Virus record (IMG/VR): IMGVR_UViG_3300032323_001119
Coordinates: 32,001-96,000 of that record
Direction: 5' to 3' (one strand)
Length of the DNA: 64,000 nucleotides
Origin: a virus
Each line of letters opens with the position of its first letter. The first letter of the stretch is position 1. The translations under genes and the position numbers were made by a program. Shown here one piece after another: positions 1 to 8,501 of the stretch. Under the pieces are notes generated by a model, which worked only from the letters and a program-made list of their open reading frames with translations, was not told where the DNA came from and searched no databases.

Positions 1-9
1 TAAGCCATT

Positions 10-135
10 TTATCCCATGTACTTTAAATGGAAATGTTTATCGCAGACATCAATTACCTGCCCCGTTTTTGGCTCTGGCTCAGAGTATTTGCTTGCTTCA
101 GGACAATAAAAGCATGGTGGTGTATTGGTTTCCAT
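10..135 (-). CDS. small Zn-binding hypothetical protein (41 aa, CxxC...CxxH), not in the ORF track
   Basis: Hand translation METNTPPCFYCPEASKYSEPEPKTGQVIDVCDKHFHLKYMG*; TGG-TATAAT lies 6 nt upstream of the ATG. Confidence 0.6.
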   Translation of the reverse strand: METNTPPCFYCPEASKYSEPEPKTGQVIDVCDKHFHLKYMG

Positions 136-152
136 ATTTATATTATACCAAA

Positions 153-290
153 CTAATTTAATTTTGTCTTTTCAAAAATTTTTGTGCATCTTTTGCATAT
201 AAGATATTCTTTGTGCGTAAATGGACAATTGCCAGCTTCATGTAAATTATGTTTAAATAAGGCACATATAAAAATATTAATCAGCTGCAT
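153..290 (-). CDS. small Cys/His-rich hypothetical protein (45 aa)
   Basis: Hand translation MQLINIFICALFKHNLHEAGNCPFTHKEYLICKRCTKIFEKTKLN*; overlaps the end of the dNMP kinase gene. Confidence 0.55.
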   Translation of the reverse strand: MQLINIFICALFKHNLHEAGNCPFTHKEYLICKRCTKIFEKTKLN

Positions 291-819
291 TTATGTGCTC
301 ATCTATCTTACTATACATTTCTTCTATGCTGTAATCGTTTTGGATTACGTAATCAAAGTTATAATCGTCTAGATCAATTTCAGATACATGACCAGTTACT
401 GGCTTAACTGATACTCTATTCACACGCCAAATTTGCCCGCCCATAGATCTAATTCTATCTGCTTCATTTTTAAACCTTACATCAGTTACTACTATGTTTT
501 CGCTGCCTGCATTTTTTAATGCTAAGTCTACCCAAAAATTTTCTCCAAACATTGAGCGACCAACTTCTGTTCCAAAAATTTGTAGTAGTCTTCTTATTTC
601 TGGAGTATCCTCTTTTGCTTTATCTAGCCCATATACATCTACAAGGTCTTTATATCTAAAGTTACCAATTGAGTCTGATGACACTATTGGGTTCAATATG
701 TACATAGCTTTTTTCATAGGTGCTGCAAAAGACACTCTAGAAAAATTGTACTTATCTACTAAGTGGTCTGCTGCAGTATCTTTGCCAGACCTTGCGTATC
801 CAGATACTCCTATAATCAT
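277..819 (-). CDS. deoxynucleoside monophosphate kinase
   Basis: IIGVSGYARSGKDT P-loop, SFAAPMK, RRLLQIFGTE, VVTDVRFKNE, HVSE motifs; start moved to MIIG (ATGA overlap with the upstream gene). Confidence 0.9.
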   Translation of the reverse strand: MIIGVSGYARSGKDTAADHLVDKYNFSRVSFAAPMKKAMYILNPIVSSDSIGNFRYKDLVDVYGLDKAKEDTPEIRRLLQIFGTEVGRSMFGENFWVDLALKNAGSENIVVTDVRFKNEADRIRSMGGQIWRVNRVSVKPVTGHVSEIDLDDYNFDYVIQNDYSIEEMYSKIDEHINAAD

Positions 820-1286
820 CCCTTTACTCCGTCCCAATTACCTATTTTGGTTGTGCTAATTCCGTTTTCTTCCCATAGCTTAATAATTCCTGGATGATCA
901 TCTACTGCATGCTTTATATTCCAATATTCTTGAATATGCTCAAGTATATCTTTTTTGACCTCATAGTCTTCTCTGTGGTCATCATCTTGTCTCATGAATA
1001 ATGCATCGTGTGGCACATTATTATTTTTAAGCCATCGAGCAGTTAATGCTCTATACTTTTCTTTTCTTGCAGTAACTATAATTATATCTAAGTTATCACA
1101 AACTTGCCATACCATATCTAAGACATCTTGGTTTGGGTCGCAAGTAAGAGATGCCTTATGAAAGGCATCAAAATCTTTTTTAAAAGACTCACTGGACCTG
1201 TCTTTATTTAATATATGATGAAGCACTGGGTCAACATTAACAAGTGTGCCATCGACATCAAATATCCAAGCTGGTCTTTTTATCAT
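816..1286 (-). CDS. HAD-family phosphatase (polynucleotide kinase 3'-phosphatase-like)
   Basis: FDVDGTL motif I, VTAR motif II, LFMR...DxREDYEVK, AVDD motif IV. Confidence 0.85.
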   Translation of the reverse strand: MIKRPAWIFDVDGTLVNVDPVLHHILNKDRSSESFKKDFDAFHKASLTCDPNQDVLDMVWQVCDNLDIIIVTARKEKYRALTARWLKNNNVPHDALFMRQDDDHREDYEVKKDILEHIQEYWNIKHAVDDHPGIIKLWEENGISTTKIGNWDGVKG

Positions 1287-1329
1287 TAATTAATTATCTC
1301 ATTTCTAAATAGTCATGTCAATAAAATAT

Positions 1330-1356
1330 TGGGCAGTTTTAAGTCTTGCCCAGGAC
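1330..1356 (-). other. predicted H-type RNA pseudoknot / 3'-end hairpin of the katG operon
   Basis: Minus strand GUC-C-UGGGCA-A-GAC-UUAAAAC-UGCCCA, followed by a U-rich tract. Confidence 0.5.
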
Positions 1357-1361
1357 ATTTA

Positions 1362-1496
1362 TTAATTACGTTTAGTAAAGCTAAATGCTTTAGACTTTAC
1401 GTTGTTTGCGGCCTGCTTAAAGCCATAAGCATATGAACCAATCATTAAGCCAATAATTGCTGTTGAATGTAATAGATAAAACAATGCACTTCTCAT
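1362..1496 (-). CDS. small single-TM membrane protein (44 aa)
   Basis: Hand translation MRSALFYLLHSTAIIGLMIGSYAYGFKQAANNVKSKAFSFTKRN*; starts immediately after the katG stop. Confidence 0.6.
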   Translation of the reverse strand: MRSALFYLLHSTAIIGLMIGSYAYGFKQAANNVKSKAFSFTKRN

Positions 1497-3560
1497 TTAC
1501 TTTCTCTCCTTAATAAATAGATCAGCATTCATTACTTTTGTCCAAGCAGAAACAAAATCTTGAACAAACTTATCTTTAGCATCATCTGAGGCATAAACCT
1601 CAGCAATAGCTCTGAGTTCAGAGTTAGACGCTAAAATTAAATCAACTTTTGGTACGTCTAAAGCATCGCTAGCATTTACATAAGAAAGCAATTTAACCAA
1701 ATAAGTGTTGTCCAGCTTATTATTCTTTAGCAATCTCATTCCAGATAGCAAGACTACCATGTCTACTGCCGTTAAGCCAAGCAGGTTAGATTTTTCTACA
1801 AGTAAAACTTCTTCTGGAGCAGTGACACTTTGGTCAATATAGTTGCGGAATGCATCAAACTTTGGCTCAAGAACTGAAAATGATTCAACATCTGTTTGCT
1901 CTTGTGTGGCATCCCCTCTTCCAATTTTTATCATTGGCTCAACATCTATACCACTATTGCCTGCGGCTGATTGGATACCAATCATTCCTCCTAATACAAT
2001 TAGGTCAGCAAGTGAAATTTTAAACTCATCTTTAATTGGATTTAAAACAGAAATAACCTTATTGATTACATCTTGATCATTTACCTTCCATGTATTTTGT
2101 GGAGCAAGGTTTATACGGGCACCATTAGCACCGCCACGCTTATCTGTCTTTCTAAATGTAGATGCAGATGCCCATGCTGTTGTAGTTAATTCATTTGGGG
2201 ATAGCCCAGAAGAAATAATTCTTTCTTTAATAGCGTCTACATCTTTTACTGATAGGCTGCTTCTTGTTGGATTGCCTACTGGATCCTGCCAAATAAGTTC
2301 TTCTGACGGAACTTCCTTACCAAGATATCTTGCAATTGGACCCATATCACGATGAGTTAGCTTGAACCAAGCACGAGCAAACTGATCTGAGAAGTAGTCG
2401 AAGTCTTCAAGGAATCTACGTGAAATCTTTTCATACTCTGGATCAAACCTCAATGCAAGGTCTGCTGTTGTCATAACTGGGGCATGAAACTTGCCTTCAA
2501 CATGTGCATCTGGTACTAAATTAGCTGCAGACTCATCTGTTGGAATCCATTGTGTTGCGCCAGCAGGTGATTTTGTTTGCTTCCATTCATACTTAAATAA
2601 TAACTTTAGGTATGAGTTATCCCACTTAGTTGGTGTTGCGGTCCATGCACCTTCAATACCGCTTGTGATTGTGTCTTCTGCATTGCCCTTACCAAATGAG
2701 TTCTTCCATCCAAGACCAAGGTCTTCAAGTGGAGCAGCCTCTGGATTAGGACCAACATGTGAAGGATCTCCAGCACCATGTGCCTTACCAAATGCGTGTC
2801 CACCTGCAATAAGAGCAACGGTCTCTTCATCATTCATCGCCATGCGAGCAAAAGTTTCACGAATGTCTCTTGCAGAAAGAACTGGATCAGGGTTTCCATT
2901 AGGCCCTTCTGGGTTTACATAGATGAGACCCATCTGAACTGCAGCAAGTGGGTTCTCTAGCTCACGGTCTCCGCTATAACGGTTATCTGCAAGCCATTCT
3001 TTTTCTGTACCCCAATATGTATCATCAGACTCCCAAACATCTTCACGACCTCCACCAAAACCAAAAGTCTTAAAGCCCATGTTTTCAAGAGCAACATTAC
3101 CTGCAAGAATCATAAGGTCTGCCCATGAAATCTTCTTGCCATACTTCTGCTTAATTGGCCATAGCAAACGACGTGCCTTATCTAAATTGCCGTTATCTGG
3201 CCAAGAATTTTGTGGAGCAAATCTATGTAGCCCTTCTCCAGCACCGCCACGACCATCACTAGTTCTGTATGTTCCTGCACTGTGCCATGCCATACGAATA
3301 AAGAATGGTCCATAGTTACCGTAATCTGCTGGCCACCACTCTTGTGAATCTGTTAAAAGATTGTTAATATCATTTTTAAGGGCATCAAGATCTAGGCTAT
3401 CGAACTCTTTTGCGTAATTAAAATCTTTTCCCATCGGATTAGATTTTTCTGAATTCTTTCGTAATCCTGATAGATCTAGCTTATTCGGCCACCAATCTTT
3501 ATTTGTTCTTGCTTCTGTGCTTGATGAATGTCCAGTTACTGGGCACTTTGCTTCGCTCAT
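1497..3560 (-). CDS. katG: catalase-peroxidase
   Basis: [25 protein letters not shown] distal triad, [29 protein letters not shown] proximal His, [12 protein letters not shown]. Confidence 0.98.
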   Translation of the reverse strand: MSEAKCPVTGHSSSTEARTNKDWWPNKLDLSGLRKNSEKSNPMGKDFNYAKEFDSLDLDALKNDINNLLTDSQEWWPADYGNYGPFFIRMAWHSAGTYRTSDGRGGAGEGLHRFAPQNSWPDNGNLDKARRLLWPIKQKYGKKISWADLMILAGNVALENMGFKTFGFGGGREDVWESDDTYWGTEKEWLADNRYSGDRELENPLAAVQMGLIYVNPEGPNGNPDPVLSARDIRETFARMAMNDEETVALIAGGHAFGKAHGAGDPSHVGPNPEAAPLEDLGLGWKNSFGKGNAEDTITSGIEGAWTATPTKWDNSYLKLLFKYEWKQTKSPAGATQWIPTDESAANLVPDAHVEGKFHAPVMTTADLALRFDPEYEKISRRFLEDFDYFSDQFARAWFKLTHRDMGPIARYLGKEVPSEELIWQDPVGNPTRSSLSVKDVDAIKERIISSGLSPNELTTTAWASASTFRKTDKRGGANGARINLAPQNTWKVNDQDVINKVISVLNPIKDEFKISLADLIVLGGMIGIQSAAGNSGIDVEPMIKIGRGDATQEQTDVESFSVLEPKFDAFRNYIDQSVTAPEEVLLVEKSNLLGLTAVDMVVLLSGMRLLKNNKLDNTYLVKLLSYVNASDALDVPKVDLILASNSELRAIAEVYASDDAKDKFVQDFVSAWTKVMNADLFIKERK

Positions 3561-3595
3561 TTATTTCTCTTTCTGTTTGATATTACATTTATTCG

Positions 3596-3668
3596 TATCC
3601 CCAGATGGGCTCGAACCATCGACCCGCAGATTAAAAGTCTGCTGCTCTACCAACTGAGCTATAGGAAC
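3596..3668 (-). tRNA. tRNA-Lys(TTT)
   Basis: Cloverleaf with anticodon arm GCAGA-CTTTTAA-TCTGC and T arm GATGG-TTCGAGC-CCATC; no encoded CCA. Confidence 0.9.
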
Positions 3669-3669
3669 G

Positions 3670-3742
3670 CTGCCCCACCTGGCCTCGATCCAGGGACATC
3701 CAAATTAACAGTTTGGCGCTCTACCATCTGAGCTATAGGGCA
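3670..3742 (-). tRNA. tRNA-Asn(GTT)
   Basis: Acceptor TGCCCTA/TGGGGCA, anticodon arm CCAAA-CTGTTAA-TTTGG; atypical T loop ATCGAGG. Confidence 0.88.
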
Positions 3743-3753
3743 TAGATACATTA

Positions 3754-3782
3754 ATTATACAATTTACTAAAATGGCTGTCAA
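3754..3782 (-). promoter_or_regulatory. consensus sigma70/SigA promoter for tRNA-Asn, tRNA-Lys and katG
   Basis: TTGACA-17 nt-TATAAT on the minus strand. Confidence 0.85.
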
Positions 3783-3785
3783 GAC

Positions 3786-4004
3786 TTATTTGTCTTTTAG
3801 TCGCATCCATTTACCATATTTATTTGGCTCTTTAGAGCCTATATACTCTTGTCCAGTTTCTAGGTCTATAAGCAACCACTTACCTGGAGCTTTTGTATGA
3901 ACAGTTAAGTCTACTGCCTCTTCATACTCAACAACTTCGACGCCTTGATACATTCTTGGAAGGAAAGTGTATGCATTATCTAAAAGTTTGCGTGTTTTTT
4001 TCAC
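3786..4004 (-). CDS. hypothetical protein
   Basis: 72-aa ORF on the coding strand, AGGA upstream of the GTG start. Confidence 0.7.
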   Translation of the reverse strand: MKKTRKLLDNAYTFLPRMYQGVEVVEYEEAVDLTVHTKAPGKWLLIDLETGQEYIGSKEPNKYGKWMRLKDK

Positions 4005-4015
4005 AAAAATCCTAA

Positions 4016-4102
4016 CTAAAATGGAAGATCTAATACTATATCTACTGCATCATCAATTGTAGGTGCATGCTCTTTAGAGCATGCACCACAACTTTTACAC
4101 AT
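4016..4102 (-). CDS. 28-aa Cys-rich mini-protein
   Basis: Hand translation MCKSCGACSKEHAPTIDDAVDIVLDLPF*; TAATG coupling to the upstream ORF. Confidence 0.55.
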   Translation of the reverse strand: MCKSCGACSKEHAPTIDDAVDIVLDLPF

Positions 4103-4290
4103 TATACTTTTTTACGTCCTGTTTTTTTAGGAGGTCTTGGACTAGTATTAAGTTCACGGCGTATACCATGTCTATTAATATCTGTCTTAAGTCCCTGTCG
4201 TGGATTCTTGCGAGTTGCCTCACGACTAGTGACTGCTCCTGCTGCTGCACCACTTGGTGGTGGAGTCATTCCTGTTCCGTCCATTGACAT
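4102..4290 (-). CDS. small basic hypothetical protein
   Basis: 62 aa; TAATG coupling at both ends; GAGGA RBS. Confidence 0.7.
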   Translation of the reverse strand: MSMDGTGMTPPPSGAAAGAVTSREATRKNPRQGLKTDINRHGIRRELNTSPRPPKKTGRKKV

Positions 4291-4478
4291 TAGTCCATAT
4301 CCTCTTCTGATTCAACATTAGATCCACGAAATTCTTGTGAAGATCCAAGGGGATTAGATGAGTCTGTTCCGAACATGATTGGGGATGGTAGTTGGCCTGG
4401 ACCAACATCATAAACATTTTGATTAGGCATCTCTACGCCCATAAAGGCTTCTGAGCTGCATCCACACATAGCGCACAT
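4290..4478 (-). CDS. small acidic protein with N-terminal CxxCGC
   Basis: MCAMCGCS start; TAATG coupling. Confidence 0.7.
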   Translation of the reverse strand: MCAMCGCSSEAFMGVEMPNQNVYDVGPGQLPSPIMFGTDSSNPLGSSQEFRGSNVESEEDMD

Positions 4479-4615
4479 TATACGCCTCGATTTGCCCAGG
4501 CATTTGCCCAGAAGTCTACTTGATCTTCAGCCTTAACCTCTGCAGGCTTTGGCGCTTCTGACTTTATTGGCGCTGTGGGTGCTACATCAGGCTTTGATGT
4601 TAAGTTTTCTGACAT
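4478..4615 (-). CDS. small hypothetical protein (45 aa)
   Basis: Hand translation MSENLTSKPDVAPTAPIKSEAPKPAEVKAEDQVDFWANAWANRGV*. Confidence 0.6.
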   Translation of the reverse strand: MSENLTSKPDVAPTAPIKSEAPKPAEVKAEDQVDFWANAWANRGV

Positions 4616-4616
4616 G

Positions 4617-4775
4617 TTACTTACCGTTGTTTCCTACTCCAGATCCATCTTGTGATGACTTGTCTGCTGCTGGAAATGCAGAAGCTGGTGCCTCTGTGTA
4701 ATTTTCTGTAGGCCAAGGTGATGAGCCTGCTGGCTTTGTATCGTTAAATCCTGTTAAATTCAATCCGTCTGTCAT
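4617..4775 (-). CDS. small hypothetical protein (52 aa)
   Basis: Hand translation MTDGLNLTGFNDTKPAGSSPWP...GVGNNGK*; AGGAG RBS; promoter upstream. Confidence 0.7.
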   Translation of the reverse strand: MTDGLNLTGFNDTKPAGSSPWPTENYTEAPASAFPAADKSSQDGSGVGNNGK

Positions 4776-4824
4776 TTTTTTTCTCCTATAGGTTATTATT
4801 TAAGCGGGACTAGTAATCCGCTTA

Positions 4825-4968
4825 TCAGTCTATTATACCATCTGGTTGATTAGAACTAGAATCGATATACTCTGGGTGTGCCTCTAAATAAGATTTAGGA
4901 GGTTGCTTTAGGCCATATTTTGCCATCAAAATATGTATTGGTGCTTGCTTCGAATCATCTATTTTCAT
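4825..4968 (-). CDS. small hypothetical protein (47 aa)
   Basis: Hand translation MKIDDSKQAPIHILMAKYGLKQPPKSYLEAHPEYIDSSSNQPDGIID*; fills the gap between genes. Confidence 0.45.
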   Translation of the reverse strand: MKIDDSKQAPIHILMAKYGLKQPPKSYLEAHPEYIDSSSNQPDGIID

Positions 4969-4975
4969 ATTGTCA

Positions 4976-5518
4976 TTACCTTTCATTATCTTTATCTGGC
5001 CAACAAAATCCCACTAAAGCTTGTCGTGACCCTCCAGTTACTTCTTCTACGTTATGCAATAAATCTTTTTCACCTTTAAAAAATACAAGCATTCCTGGCT
5101 CTGGAATAAGCACCAAGTTGTGGTTAATAAATTTTAATAGGCCTCCACTAAAATCATTGTTTAGATAAAGTAAAGCTGAAACATCTTCTTGCTGAGACTG
5201 CTCTTGATTATCCCAATGTGGGGGATTTACTGCTCCTCTTTCCATAATGCTGTGGAACATGGATTTTATCTTCATTTTTGTCCCGTAATGATTTGATATT
5301 TCATTAGATATTTTTTTTAACACTGAAGACTCAATGCTGTCTTCATTCATTAAATCATGATATTCTTTTTGATCAAAGGATATAGAAAATCCACTTTTAA
5401 TTAGTTCTGAGTCTGGAGTAGAAGTAACATCTTTGCTAAATTTACTTATTAGATTTTTACTTTCTTCTTTAGTTATAAATCCTCTAATAACAAAAATTTT
5501 ATTTAAATATGTTTCCAC
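4976..5518 (-). CDS. 2OG-Fe(II) oxygenase (prolyl-hydroxylase-like)
   Basis: HWD...SALLYLNNDFSGG...PEPGMLVFF...H-V-EV-GGSR. Confidence 0.9.
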   Translation of the reverse strand: METYLNKIFVIRGFITKEESKNLISKFSKDVTSTPDSELIKSGFSISFDQKEYHDLMNEDSIESSVLKKISNEISNHYGTKMKIKSMFHSIMERGAVNPPHWDNQEQSQQEDVSALLYLNNDFSGGLLKFINHNLVLIPEPGMLVFFKGEKDLLHNVEEVTGGSRQALVGFCWPDKDNER

Positions 5519-5659
5519 TTAAGACTTCTTTGCTCTTTGTCCTCTATACCCAGTCTTCTTTTTATTCATTGAACCTGGCTTTTTGTAGCCCGCTCCATTT
5601 GGAGTTGCTGCAATTCTTTGTTCAAGAGCCTTCTTTATTTTATCTAAATGCTTTGACAT
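5519..5659 (-). CDS. small basic protein (46 aa)
   Basis: Hand translation MSKHLDKIKKALEQRIAATPNGAGYKKPGSMNKKKTGYRGQRAKKS*; TAATG coupling. Confidence 0.6.
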   Translation of the reverse strand: MSKHLDKIKKALEQRIAATPNGAGYKKPGSMNKKKTGYRGQRAKKS

Positions 5660-5859
5660 TACTTTACGCCTTTCCCAAATATTGCCCATAATCTTTCATG
5701 AATAAAATACCCTGCTGCTTCAAAAACAATATATAATAATGCGCCTAGAGTTGCATACTCCCACTCGCCAGTAAATAAAAATATAATGCCAGCAAGAACT
5801 ACAAGGTGAAAGGTTTCCCAGCTTAAAGTTTTTATTGAACTTCTTTTATTTGATTCCAT
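5659..5859 (-). CDS. DUF2061-like small membrane protein
   Basis: ESxKRSxxKTLSW...FTG...YFIHERLW pattern; two hydrophobic segments. Confidence 0.75.
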   Translation of the reverse strand: MESNKRSSIKTLSWETFHLVVLAGIIFLFTGEWEYATLGALLYIVFEAAGYFIHERLWAIFGKGVK

Positions 5860-6643
5860 TTTGATCATCTACCATTTCTTTTACTAAGTAATGAATTGAA
5901 GAAACATTGTTGTCAGATGGGTGATAGCTTATTAATAAGTCAGTAACTCCCATATTCTTCAATTTTAAAATTTCAGATTTAATTTTATCTTTGTTACCAT
6001 ACATAGTCCACTGTCCTGATCCTGGGTTACTATCTAGCATACCAGATATTTCTTCTTCTGAATCGTTTATTATTATGCTTATTGATACCATTTGTTTTTT
6101 ATTTACTATAAAGTCTGGATTATTTAAAGACTGCTTATACATGTTTAATGCAGATAAGTGAGTGGCATTATATTTTTCTGCCATCTTTTTTGTTTCATTT
6201 GAGTGTCCAGCCATTACAATTACAGGCAAGCTATCGCCTGCAAGCTCTACAAATTTCGACATCCATTTATCAGTGTACACAAGCCTTTTTTCAGGTGTCT
6301 CCAAATCCCCTATAGAAGAGACAAGATCTTCTAGTGAGCTTTCTTCTGAATGTATATCACCAGAAACAATATTTAACATTAGTCTATTTGGAGATATGTC
6401 TTTAAAGGCCTTGCACATCATGGCGCAATATTCTGGACTGATTGCATAGGTTCTAATTGCTGGCATATATTTAAATTTATGATTTATATCCAGAACCCTT
6501 GCTGCTTTAATCCAATTATCAGAAATTTTGGAATGATAGACTAAAAGCACTGACTCGTATTTAAACTCATCTAATATATTAGAAATTGATTTTAAATACT
6601 CAACACTGCTATTGTTTCCTCTTTCCATCCAGTGAAAGTTCAT
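5846..6643 (-). CDS. luciferase-like (LLM) flavin-dependent monooxygenase, SsuD-like
   Basis: KYMPAIRTYAISPEYCAMMCKAFKDISPNRLMLNIVSG resembles LLM-family LKFLVAVRP..SP..AA....LD.LS.GR...N.V.G; C-terminal GVTDLL. Confidence 0.75.
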   Translation of the reverse strand: MNFHWMERGNNSSVEYLKSISNILDEFKYESVLLVYHSKISDNWIKAARVLDINHKFKYMPAIRTYAISPEYCAMMCKAFKDISPNRLMLNIVSGDIHSEESSLEDLVSSIGDLETPEKRLVYTDKWMSKFVELAGDSLPVIVMAGHSNETKKMAEKYNATHLSALNMYKQSLNNPDFIVNKKQMVSISIIINDSEEEISGMLDSNPGSGQWTMYGNKDKIKSEILKLKNMGVTDLLISYHPSDNNVSSIHYLVKEMVDDQNGIK

Positions 6644-6668
6644 ATTCCCATTCTATCATTTATAGGGT

Positions 6669-6700
6669 AAAGGGGCAAGACCCTAGGATCCTGCCCCTTT
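6669..6700 (-). terminator. intrinsic terminator hairpin
   Basis: AAAGGGGCAGGA...TCTTGCCCCTTT immediately after the 6713..7792 stop. Confidence 0.7.
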
Positions 6701-6712
6701 AATTGAAGTTAA

Positions 6713-7792
6713 TTACTTCTTTAGCTTAACCTTTGCACGTGGGTTCTTTGCATTCCACTTCTTTGCTAGGTCATTGTACTCTGCAATAAAAGTTGCTCTA
6801 GCAATTGCTGCTTGTGCTTTTGCTGTTGCTTCCGCTGCTCTTGCTGCTGCTACTGCAGCTGTTGCAGTTGCTGAGTCAGTTGCAAACTTTGCTGCTGCAT
6901 CTGCTAGTGCTTTGTCTGATGCCGCCTTGTCTGCTGCACGACCAGCTCTTTCTGCTGCAAGTGCTGCGTTAGCGACTGCTAGCTCTGAAGTTCTAGTTGC
7001 AAGCTCGCCTGCAAGATCACGTACGGCAATTGTTGCAACTACAGAACCTACTGGTACTGCAAGGCCTGTTACGGCTGCTGCTACTGTTGCGTATGCTGTA
7101 ACAACTACTTGTCCAGAAGCAGGAAGTGTAACTGTCTGCTCCTTTGTTCCAATAGTTGCTACTGCTGTGTCTGTTGTTAGCGCTGTTACAATAGCTGCAC
7201 CGTTTGAGCTTACAAGAGTGTTAATTGTTGATCCACCCTTTAGGTTACCAAACACATCGTATCCTGCTACTCTGAGTGTTGCAACTGTTCCAGCTGCTCC
7301 AGATGATGGTGCAGTGATAGCGATTGAGTTCAAGGCACCTGCGGTACCCTGCACATAGTAAACTGTTGTAGTTCCAGCACGAGTGATTGATACTGTTCCT
7401 ACTGCTGTACTTTTAGTGTATACATAAAAGTCTGCTGAGTTTCCAGTCCCTGTTGAAACTGAAAGTGTTGATGAACCGCTTGAAGCGGTTACTGGTGCTG
7501 TTGGTGTTGCTAAAGCAGGTACAATAGTTGCATTGGTTGCAACTGCTGTTACAACTGTTCCAGTGTCAACTGATGTTACTGCAATACGCAATGCATCTGC
7601 TGCATCGATACTGTTATCTGCTGGCACTGGTAGTGCTACAGGAGTTCCTACTACTGTACCACCTGTTGCTGCAGATCCCGCCACCGTTAGGGTAACAGTT
7701 CCAGCATTAGCCTGAGCTGCTGGCGATACAAGCATTGTGCTAGTCAGGGCTGCAGCGATGATTAGCGATACTTTCTTAAATGAATTCATCAT
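6713..7792 (-). CDS. secreted Ala/Thr/Val-rich cell-surface (S-layer-like) protein
   Basis: Sec signal MMNSFKKVSLIIAAALTSTMLVSPAAQA, beta-rich Ig-like body, C-terminal Ala coiled coil and basic tail; own promoter, RBS and terminator. Confidence 0.7.
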   Translation of the reverse strand: MMNSFKKVSLIIAAALTSTMLVSPAAQANAGTVTLTVAGSAATGGTVVGTPVALPVPADNSIDAADALRIAVTSVDTGTVVTAVATNATIVPALATPTAPVTASSGSSTLSVSTGTGNSADFYVYTKSTAVGTVSITRAGTTTVYYVQGTAGALNSIAITAPSSGAAGTVATLRVAGYDVFGNLKGGSTINTLVSSNGAAIVTALTTDTAVATIGTKEQTVTLPASGQVVVTAYATVAAAVTGLAVPVGSVVATIAVRDLAGELATRTSELAVANAALAAERAGRAADKAASDKALADAAAKFATDSATATAAVAAARAAEATAKAQAAIARATFIAEYNDLAKKWNAKNPRAKVKLKK

Positions 7793-7831
7793 TCTCCTTA
7801 TTTTAATCTAATTCTTAAACGAATCAGAAAC

Positions 7832-8002
7832 TTAGTGTAATTCTATCATTTTGACATGGAAAGAGCAAGGGTCTCCACCCTCATCCAATTCCTTCATTTC
7901 TTCTTCTGACATTGGTGGGCCATCATGCGTATCGCAAAACACGTCTGATATCCATCCTTTATCATAACCAAATTTAACCCAATCTTCAAATCCTAAATCC
8001 AT
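7832..8002 (-). CDS. small acidic Cys/His protein (56 aa)
   Basis: Hand translation MDLGFEDWVKFGYDKGWISDVFCDTHDGPPMSEEEMKELDEGGDPCSFHVKMIELH*. Confidence 0.65.
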   Translation of the reverse strand: MDLGFEDWVKFGYDKGWISDVFCDTHDGPPMSEEEMKELDEGGDPCSFHVKMIELH

Positions 8003-8295
8003 TCAGATATCTCTTCTAGGAATTTATGCTTTGGCATTGCGCCCTTGGTTCTTTTTACTTCTTTTCCGCCTTTAAAAACAATTACTGTAGGCAAAGAAAT
8101 AACATTATACTTTTCTGCACTTATAGTGTTTTCATCAGCATCAATTTTTCCTATCCAAACATTATTTTCTGCTGCTATTTCATCTAAAATAGGAGAAAAT
8201 CGTCTGCATGGACTGCACCACTCTGCCCAAAAATCTACAAGAACTACGTCGTGAGACGATATAACTTCATCAAAATTACTATCAGTTACAATCAT
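7993..8295 (-). CDS. trxA: thioredoxin
   Basis: VLVDFWAEWCSPCR, cis-Pro SLPT, FKGG. Confidence 0.95.
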   Translation of the reverse strand: MIVTDSNFDEVISSHDVVLVDFWAEWCSPCRRFSPILDEIAAENNVWIGKIDADENTISAEKYNVISLPTVIVFKGGKEVKRTKGAMPKHKFLEEISEWI

Positions 8296-8501
8296 TCTTT
8301 ATCCTTTAGGGCTTCTGCTGCATCATTAAATCGAATCATAAAATTTTGGATTACCCAAAATGTTGTTTCGCCAGCGTTTTTAGACATGGCTTCAGATGCC
8401 TCTGGAGTTCTATCTTCTTCCGCTAATGAATTATACCATTTCTGATATAGTTCATGACCAAGATCTTTAATAATTCCGTCTAGAACCGTTAGCTCAGCCA
8501 T
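8292..8501 (-). CDS. hypothetical protein
   Basis: Start moved to MAELTVL; overlaps both neighbours. Confidence 0.7.
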   Translation of the reverse strand: MAELTVLDGIIKDLGHELYQKWYNSLAEEDRTPEASEAMSKNAGETTFWVIQNFMIRFNDAAEALKDKE

